64,000 nt of DNA, taken from the NCBI GenBank assembly GCA_965112735.1, contig OZ218962.1:2604001-2668000 (forward strand), read 5' to 3'. The notes beneath the pieces were generated by a model. The model had not been told where the DNA came from. It made no database searches and saw only the letters and a program-made list of their open reading frames with translations. The position numbers and the translations under genes were made by a program. Positions 1-12,681 of the stretch are shown one piece after another (position 1 is the stretch's first letter; the number at the start of each line of letters is the position of its first letter). The DNA comes from Phaeosaccion multiseriatum (Eukaryota > Protista > Ochrophyta, other classes).

Positions 1-496
1 GGTCATCAGGTCGCGAATAAAGGCAAGAGACCACGCTATAATGGAAGCCTGGGCGCTGGGATCGCCATCGGCGGCGGCGGCGGCTGCTGCGGCTGCTGAT
101 GGTGGTGGCGGCGGCAAAGCGGAGTGTCAGGACGGTGAGGGTTGGGGAGAGACTGCTGCGCCGCCTGTGGCAACGGAGTGGCAGGACTGCTACTCTGGTC
201 GGTCAAAATCTGTGGTGGTGACTGGTTTGCAGGCCTATCGCTACACGACCACCACGGCCGCCAACCACGGCAACAACAAGGAGGATGAGGAGAGGAATGC
301 TTTTACTCATGCCTCATCTGATGCATCCCCGAGAGGAGCAATGGGACTCCGAGGCGGGGTGGTGGGGGTGGTGAGGAGGGAGAGGGCGCTGCATGAGTTC
401 CGCTATTGTCTCTTGAACGACGACGGGGCGGCTGGGGAGTGGTCAGAGGTGGTGCGACTGAAAACGCCAAAGCTCAATTCACCAAGAGTACGATGA
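1..496 (+). CDS. 3' end of a gene running in from before the window; C-terminal fibronectin type III-like domain
   Basis: Frame is open from base 2 to TGA at 496. EWQDCYSG..VVVTGL..Y...EFRY......GEWSEVVRLKT matches the FN3 C-terminal pattern, split by low-complexity inserts. Confidence 0.5.
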   Translation, partial: VIRSRIKARDHAIMEAWALGSPSAAAAAAAAADGGGGGKAECQDGEGWGETAAPPVATEWQDCYSGRSKSVVVTGLQAYRYTTTTAANHGNNKEDEERNAFTHASSDASPRGAMGLRGGVVGVVRRERALHEFRYCLLNDDGAAGEWSEVVRLKTPKLNSPRVR

Positions 497-866
497 TCAA
501 GTACTTATCGTTCTCACCGGAGAAGAATTTAATAAACTGAACCGAAATTGAGTTACTAATGCGTGTATTGTTTCGTAGTCTTATAATACAACCGCAGACC
601 CCGTTCGCCAATGGACGAGGGCCCACACCTACACCCGAAGTACATGCAAGAGGTACCATAGTCTTATCAAACACCTCAATTAACAATTGACACTTATAGC
701 CCTCCCCCCGGCCCTTCAAGCGGCAACGACAAGGGGTACTCTGCTGCCCTCGGGAGTGGGGGATGTTGACCCCCTCAAACATACCGAGATGCATGTAAAT
801 ATACGCCGCCGTAGGCCACCTTCCTTCTACCGCCTTCTACCTCCTCACCACGAGGTCGCAGAAGCC

Positions 867-3800
867 TCAGCAGATGGGTGCAAATGCCCGTTCGTCGGGC
901 ATCGCTGCTGCGCCCACACCACTAGCAGTAGTGCTGTCGTCGTACTCCCGTATCACCAACTGCTGCTGCTCCACCCCCTCCTCCTCCATCTCCTGTAGGC
1001 AAAGGAGCACCTTGTCGTGCTGCCCTGTCTGCCCGTATGCCTCTAGCATGGCGCTGTAGCAGAAGGAATTGAGGCGTATACCCCTCTCTCGCATGTGCTC
1101 CCCAAGCTCTACCACCCGTCCGTGCTGACTCGCCCTGCTGCACGCCTTCATTGCTGCCGTATAGCACACAATGTTGGGCTTCTGTATCACCAATTGCTGC
1201 GGCTGCTGCTGCTGCTCCTGCTCAGCCGCCTCCATACTGTGCAAGATCTCCAATGCCCTTTTGCACTCGCCGGCCCGACCACAAGCATCGATGGCGATGC
1301 TAAAGCTGAACACATCTGGCTGTGCTCCCTTGTTCGCTGCCGCATCACCTCCCCCCCCTCCTGCCGCTGGAACTGATGCTGGTGCTGGTGCTGCTGGTGC
1401 TGGTGCTGGTGCTGGTGCTGATGCTGCTACTCCTGGTGGTGCTGCTACTTCACCGCCCATCTCCCCAAAGAGATCCAGCCCCTCTCCCATAAACCCCTCA
1501 AATAGCCCGAAAGCCCCTTGCTCCTGCCCCCCCTGCTGCTGCATCTCCGCAAGCAGGTCCAGCGTGACCTCCCATTGCCCTGCCTTACCAAAAGCATCCA
1601 TCACACAGTTGTACAGCAAGGTCGTGGGTTCGAAACCATATCTCTGCTGCATCTCCGTCAGGAGACGCAAGGCTCTTTGCGGCTGGCCGCTCTTGCTGCA
1701 CGCAGTGATGGCCTTTCTAAAACTGTGCATGTCCGGCCGTAGAGAACGCACAGCTCTCCCTCCTCCTCCTCCTCCTCCTCCTCCTCCTCCTCCTTCTCCT
1801 CCTCCTCCTCCTCCTCCTCCTCCTCCTCCTCCTCCTCCTCGTCGTCGTCGTCCTCCTCCTCCTTGTGCTGCTGGTACTCCTGCTGCTGCTTGGTCTTCTC
1901 CACCAGCAGCACAGCCTCGCTGCTCCTCCTCCTCTTCGTTCTCTTGCACGCGAAGTTCTCTCATCACCAGCAACACCTCATCATACCTCGCTGCCTTACT
2001 GCACGCATCCAACGCGCTGCAGTAGCTGATAATGTCCGGGCGAATCCTGCCGTCGTCGCCAACAGGAGTAGCAGTAGCGTCGTTCGGAGCACCAGCATCA
2101 GCATCAGCATCACCATTATTATCAGCAGCAGCAAGACGGGCAAAATCCACCCCTCGCATTTCCCCGAGGAGGTCGAGCGCTGTCTGGTAATCGCCCGCCT
2201 TCCCACAGGCCGCAATCGCAATGTTGTAAGAGGTTACGTTTGGTTGAACGGTACCACAGCTGCCGACCCCACCCTTCCTCTCTCCTCCTCCTGCTCCTCC
2301 TGCTGCTGCTGCTGCTGCTGCCCCCTGCCCCTTCTGCCCCTCCTCCTCCAACTGCTGCTGCTGCTGCTGCTGCTGCTGTGTCTCCTTCATCTCCCTGAGC
2401 AGCTCCAGCACCACAAGGTGTTTCCCTGCCTTGCCACATGCGTCCATTGCGGCGTGGAAACTCACTGTATCCGGTCCGAGCCCTCTCGATTCACTCTTGC
2501 GTAACTCGGCAAGCAGCGAGAGTACAGGCTCGTACTGTTTCGCGGCCCCGCAAGCGCGCATGGCACAATTGTAGCAGTAGCGCATATCTGTCGCAGTCAA
2601 CACAACACGGCCGCTCCTCCCGACCCCGCCCCCTCGCCGCCGCCACCAGCCCTGATCCCGACCCTGACCCTGACCCTGACCCTTGCCCTTGCTCTTGCCC
2701 TGACTCCGCTGGCCCTGACGCTGGCCCTGACCCTGCTCCTTCCACTTGTTCTTCACCTCCCGCAAGAGGTCGAGTGCTTGGAGGTACCGCCCGGCCTCTC
2801 CATATGCCCGAATGGCAGTACTATAGGTAACGGCATCAGGCTCCATGCCGCTCTCGCTCAGCTCCTTGAGAAGGTTTGTCACTCCAGTCTCTACCCGCTG
2901 CGCCACCCCCCCCCCCCCCCCCCCCTCCTCCTCCTCCTCCTCCTCCTCCTCCTCCTCCTCCTCTTCCTCCTCCTTCTCCTTCTCCTTCTCCACCTCCTTC
3001 TCCACCACCACCACCACCACCACCCTTGCCCATGCCTCCGTAGGCCGCCATCGCGATATTGAAGGTGATCCGATCGGGACGCAGGAGAGTCCTTCCCCTC
3101 TTCTTGCTCTGCCCCTGCCTTCTCGCACTGCTACTGCCGCCTTCACTCTGCCCTACTACAGGTTCAGTGGTGCTGCTGGTGCAGCTGGTCATGTCTCTCA
3201 TTAGCCTCAGGGCCGCTTCGTTCTCTCCCGCCCTCACGCACGCCTTCATCGCAGTGTTGATGGAAACAATGTCGGGCACGATGCCCTCACCACCGCCAGC
3301 AACATCAACGTCCGACACGAGGCGTGCGGCACCTTCGGCAGAAGGAGAAGGAGAAGAAACAGCAGCAGAAGCAGAAGCAGAAGCAGTCGAAGAAGAAACT
3401 CTCGGTCCTCTTCCTCCCGCTCCTGCTCCCCCTCCCTCCCACATCTCGTCCAGCAACTCTAGCGCTCTCTCCCACTGCCCAGCCCTGCCACAAGCGTCCA
3501 TGGCGGTGTTGAAGTTCACCACGGAGGGAGACAGCCCGTGCCGCCGCATGTCTCCCAGCAGATGCACCGCCCTGTCAAACTGGCCGGCCCTACCGCAGGC
3601 AAGAATGACGTTGTTGTACACGATCGAGTCGGGGCGGTAGTCGTGCGTGTCCCACAGCTGCTGCTGTCGTCGCCGTCGATGCTGCTGTTGCTGCTGCTGT
3701 CCCTGCGGCCGCCGCTGCTGCCGTAGCTGCTGCTGCAGCAGCTCTTTCCCCCCTGCCCGCCTCCGCGCCTGCTGCTGTAGCACCAAGTGATGCATCTCAC

Positions 3801-5199
3801 CAAGGAGCGCCAAGGCCAGGTCGGCATCCCCCATCCGCCCGCAGGCCTCAATCACAGCCTTGAGGCATGCCGCAGTCAGCTCAATAGGCAGCGCCCCCCC
3901 CCCGTTCTCCTTTCCCCCCTTCTTCCCTCCTTTCTTACCACCTTGTCCGACCTGAACTCGCCTTTCACCACCACCATTGCCTGAGCCTGGGCTGGGGCTC
4001 TGTTTGCCCCCTGAGTCGCGCAAATGTCGAATGACGGAGACCATCTCCCCGTACTTTCCCGCCCTTCCGCAGGCATTCGTTGCCGCATCATAACTGTAGC
4101 AGTCCGGGATCAGCCTTCCCCCAGGGGACCGCTCCATCTCCTTCAGCAGGGCCAGCGTAACGTCGTACTGGCCGGCCTTGCCGCAAGCATCCATCGCGGC
4201 ATTGTACGTCACCGCGGTTACAAGGCGGCCGCCTTGCTTTCCTCTCTTCCCCCCTGTATCACCAACTACCGCATCTATCGCTTTCATTTCGCGCAGCAAC
4301 GCCAAAGCGCCCTTCCACCTCCCGTGCCTCCCCAGCGCCGTGATGGAGGCGTTGTAGATTCTCTCGTTGAGCAGAGGCACGCCAGACCGCCTCGCATTCT
4401 CCAGCGCCACGGCAACTCCTCTCCAGTCCTCTCCTACACTCCGCATCCCTCCTGCTCCTCCTCCTCCACCTCCTCCTCCTGCTGCTGCTGCTGCTGTATC
4501 ACCAACTGCCGACCCTGCCTTCCTGCGGTTGGCCTTCCCCTTCCTCCCCAGCTCCTGGATGTGGGTGAGGAGAGCGATCTGCGCATGGTTAAGTACGTTA
4601 GCCGGCACTGGCACACCCGCTTCCTGGGCATCCTTCAGTGCCATTAGGACGTCTTCCCAGTCGTTTCCCCTCATCACCCCTAAGCGCTGCCGCACTTTTC
4701 GCCGCTGCTCCTCCTCCTGATCCAGCGCCACCAATTGCTGCCGCCGCGCTTCTCGCCGTTGCCTCTCATCCTGAGTCTGCTCCTCTTCTCCTTGGGATTC
4801 GTCCCGGGCTGCAGGCATGGCCCATATGCCTCCTCTATCCAGCAAGGAGCCCACGCAAGAGGGTGATGGTGATGATGGTCGAGGAGGCACCTGGAGCCCC
4901 CTCATTCCCCCACCAGCACCACTGCCACTGAAGATTCCGCGACTTCCCCCTCTTTGTCCTGCAGGCGTCTGAGAAGTCAATACTAACGCTCTCTCCCCTC
5001 CTGCTTCACTCCCCAATCTCCTCCTCCGCCTCCTCCCCCCCTTTCCGCCGTTGCTGCTGCTGCCGGTGCTGTAGCTCGTACCGAAAGGGCTCGCCCCAGC
5101 CGCAGCCACATTAGTAGAAGAATCACCAGGACGCGGACCTGTGGGGCACACAAAGGCCACCCCTGCAATTGATGGTGCATGATGAAGGAGTGGCCCCAT
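867..5199 (-). CDS. P-class pentatricopeptide repeat (PPR) protein, ~18 repeats; frameshift at a C20 homopolymer (2906-2925)
   Basis: ORFs 2836..5199 and 867..3146 both carry PPR motifs (e.g. VTYNAAMDACGKAGQY, PDSIVYNNVILACGRAGQF, PDAVTYSTAIRAYGEAG). They join into one protein if the C run differs in length. Start codon uncertain. Confidence 0.88.
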
Positions 5200-5389
5200 T
5201 TCCTACTACTACTCCAGCTACTTCTACCACTACTGCATCTACGGCTATTGCACTATTACTGCAGCTTCTCTGCCGCTGTACACCACATCAGCGGGACGAA
5301 ACTTGTAGGAATCTTTGCACGTTGGTGCTCCGAGGTACTGAGAGCTGGCGACGAATGATGACGATCTGATAACACAAAAAGAAGAAAAA

Positions 5390-6937
5390 ATGACAACGAC
5401 CAATGAAGGGAAGGTAGGCAGCTTGACTGAGGAGGGGCAGTCTCGTTCGGCATTGCCAGAGAGTAAGGCTGTAAGAGCGGCCTTGAGAACTGTGGCGTGC
5501 CTCTTCCCCAGCAAAGCTCTGTGGGGAGTGTGCAAGGAGGTCGATGACGCCACCTCCCGCACTCTGGTGATCAACGCCGCAATGCCGGATTGCGTGAAGC
5601 TTCGGATGCTGAGTATGATACAGCAGCAGCAGGGACAAGAGAAGAGATGTAGTCCAGCATCTTCTTCTCCGACTGAAACAAAAAGGCCAGCAAAGGCGGG
5701 GGCTCGAAGGTCGGGGAGGACGCGGGCGAAGCAGACTGAGCAGCAGGAGGACCAGCTTGTGAAAATGCAGCGGGGTGAAGAAGCTGTGGCAGGGTCATTT
5801 CGCGTGGCGGCTGTGATGCTTGGCCTCCGATACCCACATTCAAGGGACAAGGGCATGCAAGTGGCAGACAAGGCTCTCGTTACGAAGGTACTGGCGCTGT
5901 TACCAGCATCAGTCAAGCGTGTGCTCTTTTCCGACTCTTTCAATCAGCCGAAGATACGCCTGCCCGGCACAGTGGAAGAAGTGCGTTTCGGAAGAGCTTT
6001 TAATAGGAGCATCGCTCTTCCTGCCTCGCTCAAGAAGATTGAGTTTGGGTTTGCCTTTAATTCCTCTCTGCTGGACCTTCCTGCTTCTGTGAAGAAGATT
6101 ACGTTTGGTTATCACTTCAATCAGCACGTGGTCCTTCCTGATGGTGTGGAGGAGGTGGTGATGGGCCGTGACTTTAATCACCCTCTGGACCTGCCCGCCT
6201 CTCTGAAGAGCCTCAAGTTTGAGGGGTTATCGAACTTCAATCAGCACCTGGTCCTTCCTTGTGGCGTGGAGGAGGTGGAGATGGGAGGTGACTTTAACCT
6301 CCCGTTGGACCTTCCTGCCTCACTGAAGAAGATTCGATTCGATGGATACTCGAAGTTCAATCAGCACGTGGTCCTTCCTTGCGGTGTGGAGGACGTGTGG
6401 ATGGGGACAGACTTTAACTTCCCCCTGGACCTACCTGCCTCGATAAAGAAGATCAGACTTGGCGAGAACTTCAATCAGCACATGAACCTTCCTTTTGGAG
6501 TGGAGGACGTGCGGCTGGGGTGTGACTTTAACCTCCCTCTGGAACTGCCTGCCTCCCTAAGAAAGATCTGGTTCAGCACAAATTTCAATCAGCACCTAGT
6601 CCTTCCTACTGGCGTTGAGGAGGTGTTGATGGGGGAAGACTTTAACCTCCCTCTGGAGCTGCCTGCCTCGCTGAAGGAGATCAGGTTTTACAGCGATTCG
6701 AAGTTCAATCAGCAGCTGGTCCTTCCCTGTGGTGTGGAGGAGGTGGTGATGGGGGAGTACTTTAACCTCCCTCTGCAGCTGCCTGCTTCTCTGCGGATTC
6801 TTGAGCTGGGGTCGGATTACACCTGTCCTTTGGAGAGCCTGCCTGCGGGCCTAAGGAAGCTCAAGGTTGGGATGCACTACCCTCTACCGACAGATCTACC
6901 CGAAGGGCTTGAGGTGGAAAGATCGGCTATACAGTGA
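5390..6937 (+). CDS. Intronless FNIP (LRR-like) repeat protein, paralog 1
   Basis: 515-aa ORF with tandem FNQHxVLPxGVEEVxMGxDFNxPLxLPASLKKIxF units. N-terminal and C-terminal caps are shared with 20132..22201. Confidence 0.85.
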   Translation: MTTTNEGKVGSLTEEGQSRSALPESKAVRAALRTVACLFPSKALWGVCKEVDDATSRTLVINAAMPDCVKLRMLSMIQQQQGQEKRCSPASSSPTETKRPAKAGARRSGRTRAKQTEQQEDQLVKMQRGEEAVAGSFRVAAVMLGLRYPHSRDKGMQVADKALVTKVLALLPASVKRVLFSDSFNQPKIRLPGTVEEVRFGRAFNRSIALPASLKKIEFGFAFNSSLLDLPASVKKITFGYHFNQHVVLPDGVEEVVMGRDFNHPLDLPASLKSLKFEGLSNFNQHLVLPCGVEEVEMGGDFNLPLDLPASLKKIRFDGYSKFNQHVVLPCGVEDVWMGTDFNFPLDLPASIKKIRLGENFNQHMNLPFGVEDVRLGCDFNLPLELPASLRKIWFSTNFNQHLVLPTGVEEVLMGEDFNLPLELPASLKEIRFYSDSKFNQQLVLPCGVEEVVMGEYFNLPLQLPASLRILELGSDYTCPLESLPAGLRKLKVGMHYPLPTDLPEGLEVERSAIQ

Positions 6938-7650
6938 AGTTTGGGATTCCTTCCACGGTCCCGTCCGCCCGGACGGACGGACTCAACCGAGGGCGATGTT
7001 ACAACAATAATATTACAACGAGCGCAAGGACGAGAGTGAGGGACAGGAAAGTACGGCCGTGATGAAGGGGAGGAAGGCAGGGGGGGGGGACGGGTGCAGC
7101 AGAGGCGAGAGCGTGCGTGCGTACAACGTACATGCTGACGGGACAGCAGACAGGGCGATGGCAACAAATGGCATAGTCGTATCAAGGCTTTTGTGATAGA
7201 GCGCATGCAGTACGCAACAGTCCGGCCGATGTCGCCTTTCGAGACTGAGTGAGCAGCTTTGCGGACAGAGGGTGGCCACACTTGGAGAGGACAAGAGCCG
7301 TGGCCCCACCCACCCCTCAACCCATGATTGAAGAATTAAAATGTGTTTCAATACACTTAAGGTACCTCCTCCCCGGGGAGGTCCTCGTCCTCGCCCACTC
7401 TCCTTCTATCATACGAAGTATTATTTACAACGCGATCCTCTCTTGTTGTGTGTATCTCCTTCTCTCCCTCTCTCCCCGCGCGCTTCTCCCTCTCTCTTGT
7501 CTGTACAGCTGAATAATCTCTGCCACACAGTTGTATGTGTGCGCTGCGCGTCTCCTTCTCTCCCTCTTTCTCTCTCCCTCTGATGTGCTGTACAGCTCAA
7601 CCTCAACCTTCAAAACCCCCACCCACTCGAGTGAGCAGAGCTCCTCGCCC

Positions 7651-8163
7651 TCACCCTCCTCCTACCGCTGGAAACACGTCCAACATGGCCTGCTCAAAGA
7701 TGGCGAGTCCCTTATCCATATCCGCCTTGCTCATGTTGAGCGCAGGGATGAAACGCACCGTTTCAAACGTGCTGGTAGTGAGCAAAAGCATGCCTCGCTT
7801 CAGGCACGCCTTGCTGACTGCCGCTGCTGCCCCAGAGCCCGCTGGTTGGTCGAGCTCCAGCCCAACCATGAGCCCAGGCCCGCGAATGTCCAGAATAGGA
7901 AACCGTGTGCCGATTTTACCGTCGCTCCCTCCGCTGTGTGTGGTGGGGTGTGCGTGGAACAAGTCAATACGTGTACAAAGAAAGAAAGAGAGAGAGAGAG
8001 AGAAGGACAGGGAGAGAGATCGATGGTGCGAGTTAATTAACGTTGACTTCACTCCTCCCTGAGGCGTTCAGGGGCATTGCCCATATGCCCACAACCAACC
8101 TGATGCTGCCAACTCTACTACCTGGTGTCAGGTAATCAGGACGCTTCAGTCATGTATCACTCA

Positions 8164-8207
<44 letters not shown>

Positions 8208-10521
8208 CCTGATTCGGATGAGTCCTTCCCTCAGTTGGGTGGCCCTTTTGGCCACATTCTCAAGCACCTTCTCCTCCTCAAATACGTCCAGCGTAGCGCA
8301 GGCAGCGGCACACGCTACTGCATTTCCCGCGTAGGTGCCTCCCATGCTCCCTAAAGAGTGATGGAGAATTGTTTGACATATTGTTTTTTTACACACGAAG
8401 GGCGGGATTAGTACACTCCCTCGACAGGGGAAGGAAGGGTCAAGCGTGAGAGAAAGGATTGAGGCATTTCAGAATTGACGGGTTGCAAGCGTTGAGGAGG
8501 GAGCTGGAGAGGAGTATCAGGGGAAATGGAGAGAGATATGCAGTTATCAGCTCGTCACATCTTCTCCTCAAAGCCCCCCTCACCCCTTGGGGCTTGTGCC
8601 TCCCCCCCCTAGGAAGGTGACTAACCTGGGGGCTGGTGGTTGGCAAGCTCCTGACGGGTGACGATGCCTGACAGAGGCAAACCACTCGCAATGCCCTGCG
8701 TACAGAGCACCAGTGGGAAGACCGAAAAGAGAAGGGAGAGAGAACAGAGAGAGAGGAGTGTGTGTGTGAGAGACAACATAGAGGGAGGAGTGCGAGAGAG
8801 AGAAACACATAGAGGGGAGATGAGGAGAGAGAGGAGACAACAGAGCGCCTGACCGACAGAGAAAAGGGATACACAGATACACACATACATACACCGCGCA
8901 CACACACATAAAGAGGCTAGAGAGAGAGAAAAGACGGAGGTAGAGGAGCAAACGACGCCTGAGCCATCGCAACCCCCGCACAACGATAACACACTCACTC
9001 ACTCACTCACTCACTCACTCACTCACTCACTCACTCACCCACTTACCTTTGCAAACACCAGCACATCCGGAACCACCCCACTGTGTTGGCAGGCCCACAT
9101 CTTGCCTGTCCGGCCCACGCCCGTCTGCACTTCATCGAAGATGAGAAGAATGCCGTGTTTGTCGCAAATCTCCCTCAGTTGGGGCAGGAAGGAGGGCGGA
9201 GGCATGACATATCCTCCTTCGCCCTGCACCGGCTCCACAATCATCGCAGCCGTGTCCTGATTGATCCCCACCCGATGATGGTTTGGTTGATAGATATAGT
9301 TACAGTAAGAACTTGATTAGGGGGATGCGACAAGGGGGCCCTTCCCTCCCACCCCCGTCGAGGAGGGCCCACCCATATGCTCTACCTTTCCCACCCCACC
9401 CATACGATTCCATCTCATCCCACCTCTGGGGTGCACTGAGAGTGCAGCATGTTCTCGAGTCCATCGATGGAGGCGCCGCAGCAGTCCTTCCTACCCATGT
9501 GCTTCTAGTCTCACATCCCACCCATATGCTCTACTTCTCCCACCCCACCCATATGCTTCCATTTCAACCCACCTCTGGGGCGCACTGAGAGCGTAGCATG
9601 TTCTCGAGTCCTTCAATGGGGGCGCCGCAGCAGTCCTTCCCAAAGGGGCAGCCCACCTTACAGTGTGCGCAGTAGGGGAAGGGAGCTGTGTGGATGCCTC
9701 CCATAAAGGGACCGAAGCCTGCGCAGACAACAGGAGGTTACGGTGTGTATGGACGGTGGGGATGGGGGAATGGTGGAGTTTTTGTAACGCTTGTAACGCA
9801 CATTATAATATGAAGAGGGTGCGTTGGTGATGTGTTGATGTTTTGTCCTGTCTTTGTCTGCAGTTTGATTCTTGTCTTGTCTACAATGTGAGAAGGTTTT
9901 TGGAGCGTGACTAGAGGAAACGAGGAGAACACCACTCGCGCGCGAGAGGGAGGAGGGTTAGGATAGGCGAAGTTCCTTCGCAACCTCCCGAGAAACGCAC
10001 GTTCCTACGTTCACACGCACTTACTTACCGGCGGAGAAGACACTCTTGGACGTTGTTAGCGGCATGGTACCAAACGTCCTGCCGTGGTACGAGCCTACGA
10101 GGCCCCAGCGGAGGAGAAGGAGGGGGGGAGGGAGGGACATGACAATTGGGTGGGGTATGAGGGATGAGGTGTAAGCTCCTCCTCCCAGGCATGTATGTGT
10201 TTCTCAAGATATGCATTCACAGTGTTGACGAGGGAAGGGAACTCCACGGCAAATACCTCTCTTTGTGTGTATCTCTCTCTCTTTTCCTCCCCAGCTCCCT
10301 CCCCCCCCCCTCTCCCTCTCTGTCCCCCTCTCTCTGTTGCAGTGCGAAGAGCGGCCAGTGGGGAGAACAGAAACACGACAGAGCCAACGCGCAACTTCCC
10401 TAAGCCCGCTAACCGCCCAAGCTGCTCACCTTGGAACACGATGAAGTTCGGTCGCTTGGTGGCGTGGCGGGCGAGCTTCAGAGCAGACTCCACGGCATCG
10501 GCTCCACTGAAGCGACCACAC

Positions 10522-10586
<65 letters not shown>

Positions 10587-11569
10587 AGTAGGAGCAGCAA
10601 CAGCAGCAGCAACATAGTAGGCAGTAGAGACAAGACATCCCAGGAATTGAAGTTCAGTAAGAAGCACACTTACCTATTCCAGAAGAAGAAACTGTCCAGC
10701 GGCGAGTCCCCCGCTTTGTTGCCCTCGGTGGGTAGGATGGGCAACATCTTGGAGATGAGCTCGAGCATGCGGTCCTGGAACGACGGGGCAAGACTTGGGA
10801 GTCAATTCTTTTGGCTCTTTCTGTATAGCCCTGCAGCTTTTCTTCACGCCGACTGTCTCACCTGGTAGCTGATGTTGACTTGCCCATGCATGTACCTTGT
10901 GTAGCGTCGTTCGATCATCCCGTGTCATTCATTGTGCAGCACGTTGTTGCGTTTGTGGTTCGTGAATGAAATCCCATTCGAGACAATAGTAAGACGACCA
11001 CCAGGAAGAAGGATACGCAGTGCAAAGCAGAGGCGTGAGGGGTGGACAGTCCCGCCGGACGGGTTCATAGAGAGGAGGAAGGACCAAGCAGTCCCAGAAC
11101 AATCACTTGTACAAAAACAATAATTCCCGCAAGGAGGAGCACGTACATCGCGGCCTGGTGCTGCACAGCCTGTGTAACCTTGGGGTGGCAAGCTCCAACG
11201 TTGGTAACTACCGCACGGAGGAGGCAAGGATGTAATGTGAGCAAAAGCACACCAAGGTTTGGAGTCTTTACACATGATGATTTTACCTCCAATTCCCGTA
11301 GCAAAGTCAAGCAGCTTCTCCCCGCAGTCTGTATAGAGGTAGCTCCCCCTTCCCTTGACAACGATCATCTCAGACAAGCGGCCGATGCCTGGAGGGCGAA
11401 GAGAAAACGAAGGATCCGATGCATCAACAACGAAAAGGACACCCACAACAAGCGTTTGTGTGTTTGCTTTGCTTTAACCTCCTTCCACTCCTCCTCCTCC
11501 GTCCTTTGTGGTCTCACCTGGGGTGATGTGCTTGGCGAACCGCATGAGGTCCTTGCTCTTACCGGCCAT
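7651..11569 (-). CDS. Class-III PLP-dependent aminotransferase (4-aminobutyrate/acetylornithine aminotransferase family), ~11 exons
   Basis: Spliced exons give [73 protein letters not shown]|GIASG (PLP lysine), [26 protein letters not shown] and VRFIPALN, with GT-AG junctions. Confidence 0.9.
9367..9640. repeat. ~150-bp tandem duplication covering an exon 3' end, its splice donor and the intron start
   Basis: 9367-9490 and 9517-9640 align (cccacccatatgctctac...cacctctgggg.gcactgaga..g.agcatgttctcgagtcc.tc.atgg.ggcgccgcagcagtccttcc). Confidence 0.85.
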
Positions 11570-11756
11570 GTTCGTTTTCTTATTGCCTGGACAATTAAAT
11601 CTTATCCCGCGCTCTCTGTGCCTCGCGAAATTTGCGCTTCGTGTGGCCTTGACCCAAGCAAAGGCCTCTGCTGTCGCTCTCGATCCTTTTGCAGAGAACA
11701 GACAAACATCAACTAACGTAAGTAGACCGACAAGATCAAAAGAGATAGAGTGCAGC

Positions 11757-12570
11757 ATGGTTTACCTTCGGTCAGTTGCAGTGGCTCTACCGCTGACTTT
11801 AGCGGCGGTAGCACATGGTAAGTCCTGGGAAAGGTTGGTTGCGGTTGAAGATGCGCATTCTTCCCTTTACCCGCTGCCTGCTTTTTTTCTCTTGGGTGGG
11901 CCTGTCCCCCCCACCCTACTCTATCTGCGGTACTGCAAGTCCTCTCCTTGTTCGCGCCCGCTTGCAGGTAATCTCATTTGCGCGGTGCACATTTTTGCCT
12001 TCGCCTGTGGGCCTTTCGCTTCCCCCACACACACAGGATTTGCCCCTATGGCCCCAGTAACTCGGCAGGCGGCCGTTGCAAGAGGAGGATCCTTCGGCCA
12101 GCAGAGTCAAACAGCGCGTCCCAGTACTGCCATACGAATGGCCGATGTTGCACCCATCACCGTGACTGGCAACAACATCGACGTTACGGACCCTTTGAAG
12201 GTATGGCAGGGCGGCGGTTGGTTGGCTCTCCCTCTCTCTCTTTCTCTCTCTATATATATATCTGTGTATATGTGGCTGTCTGCCTCTCTCTCTGCATTTG
12301 TTTGCCTCCTCTTTCTATTTCTCTCTCCTTCTCTCTTGCTTTCTTACGTTCTTTTTTTCTTCTTTCTTAGTTCTCTCTCTGTCTATGGGCAACACCCAGC
12401 AGCACCTTAAATCTCTTCCTATTCCACAATATTCTGCAAGCGCTCTGTGAAGCGTCCTCTCCCTCTTTGCTTGATCACATGACTTGAGCTTAAGTCAAAT
12501 TGGTTCTTTCCTTCCTTCTTGCCTGCCACGCTGTCTCCACCAACCCCCAAATCTGTTCCTGCATGTCCAC

Positions 12571-12622
<52 letters not shown>

Positions 12623-12649
12623 GTCTGTCTGTCTCTGTCTCTCTCTCTG

Positions 12650-12681
<32 letters not shown>

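Noticed and set aside
950-960. GTATCACCAAC as adapter contamination (its reverse complement resembles the GCAGTCGGTGAT end of a sequencing adapter)
   Set aside because: There is a consistent mismatch, the rest of the adapter is absent, and all coding copies preserve the reading frame.
2906-3030. An intron explaining the PPR frameshift
   Set aside because: No phase-compatible GT-AG pair with a pyrimidine tract; homopolymer length error is simpler.
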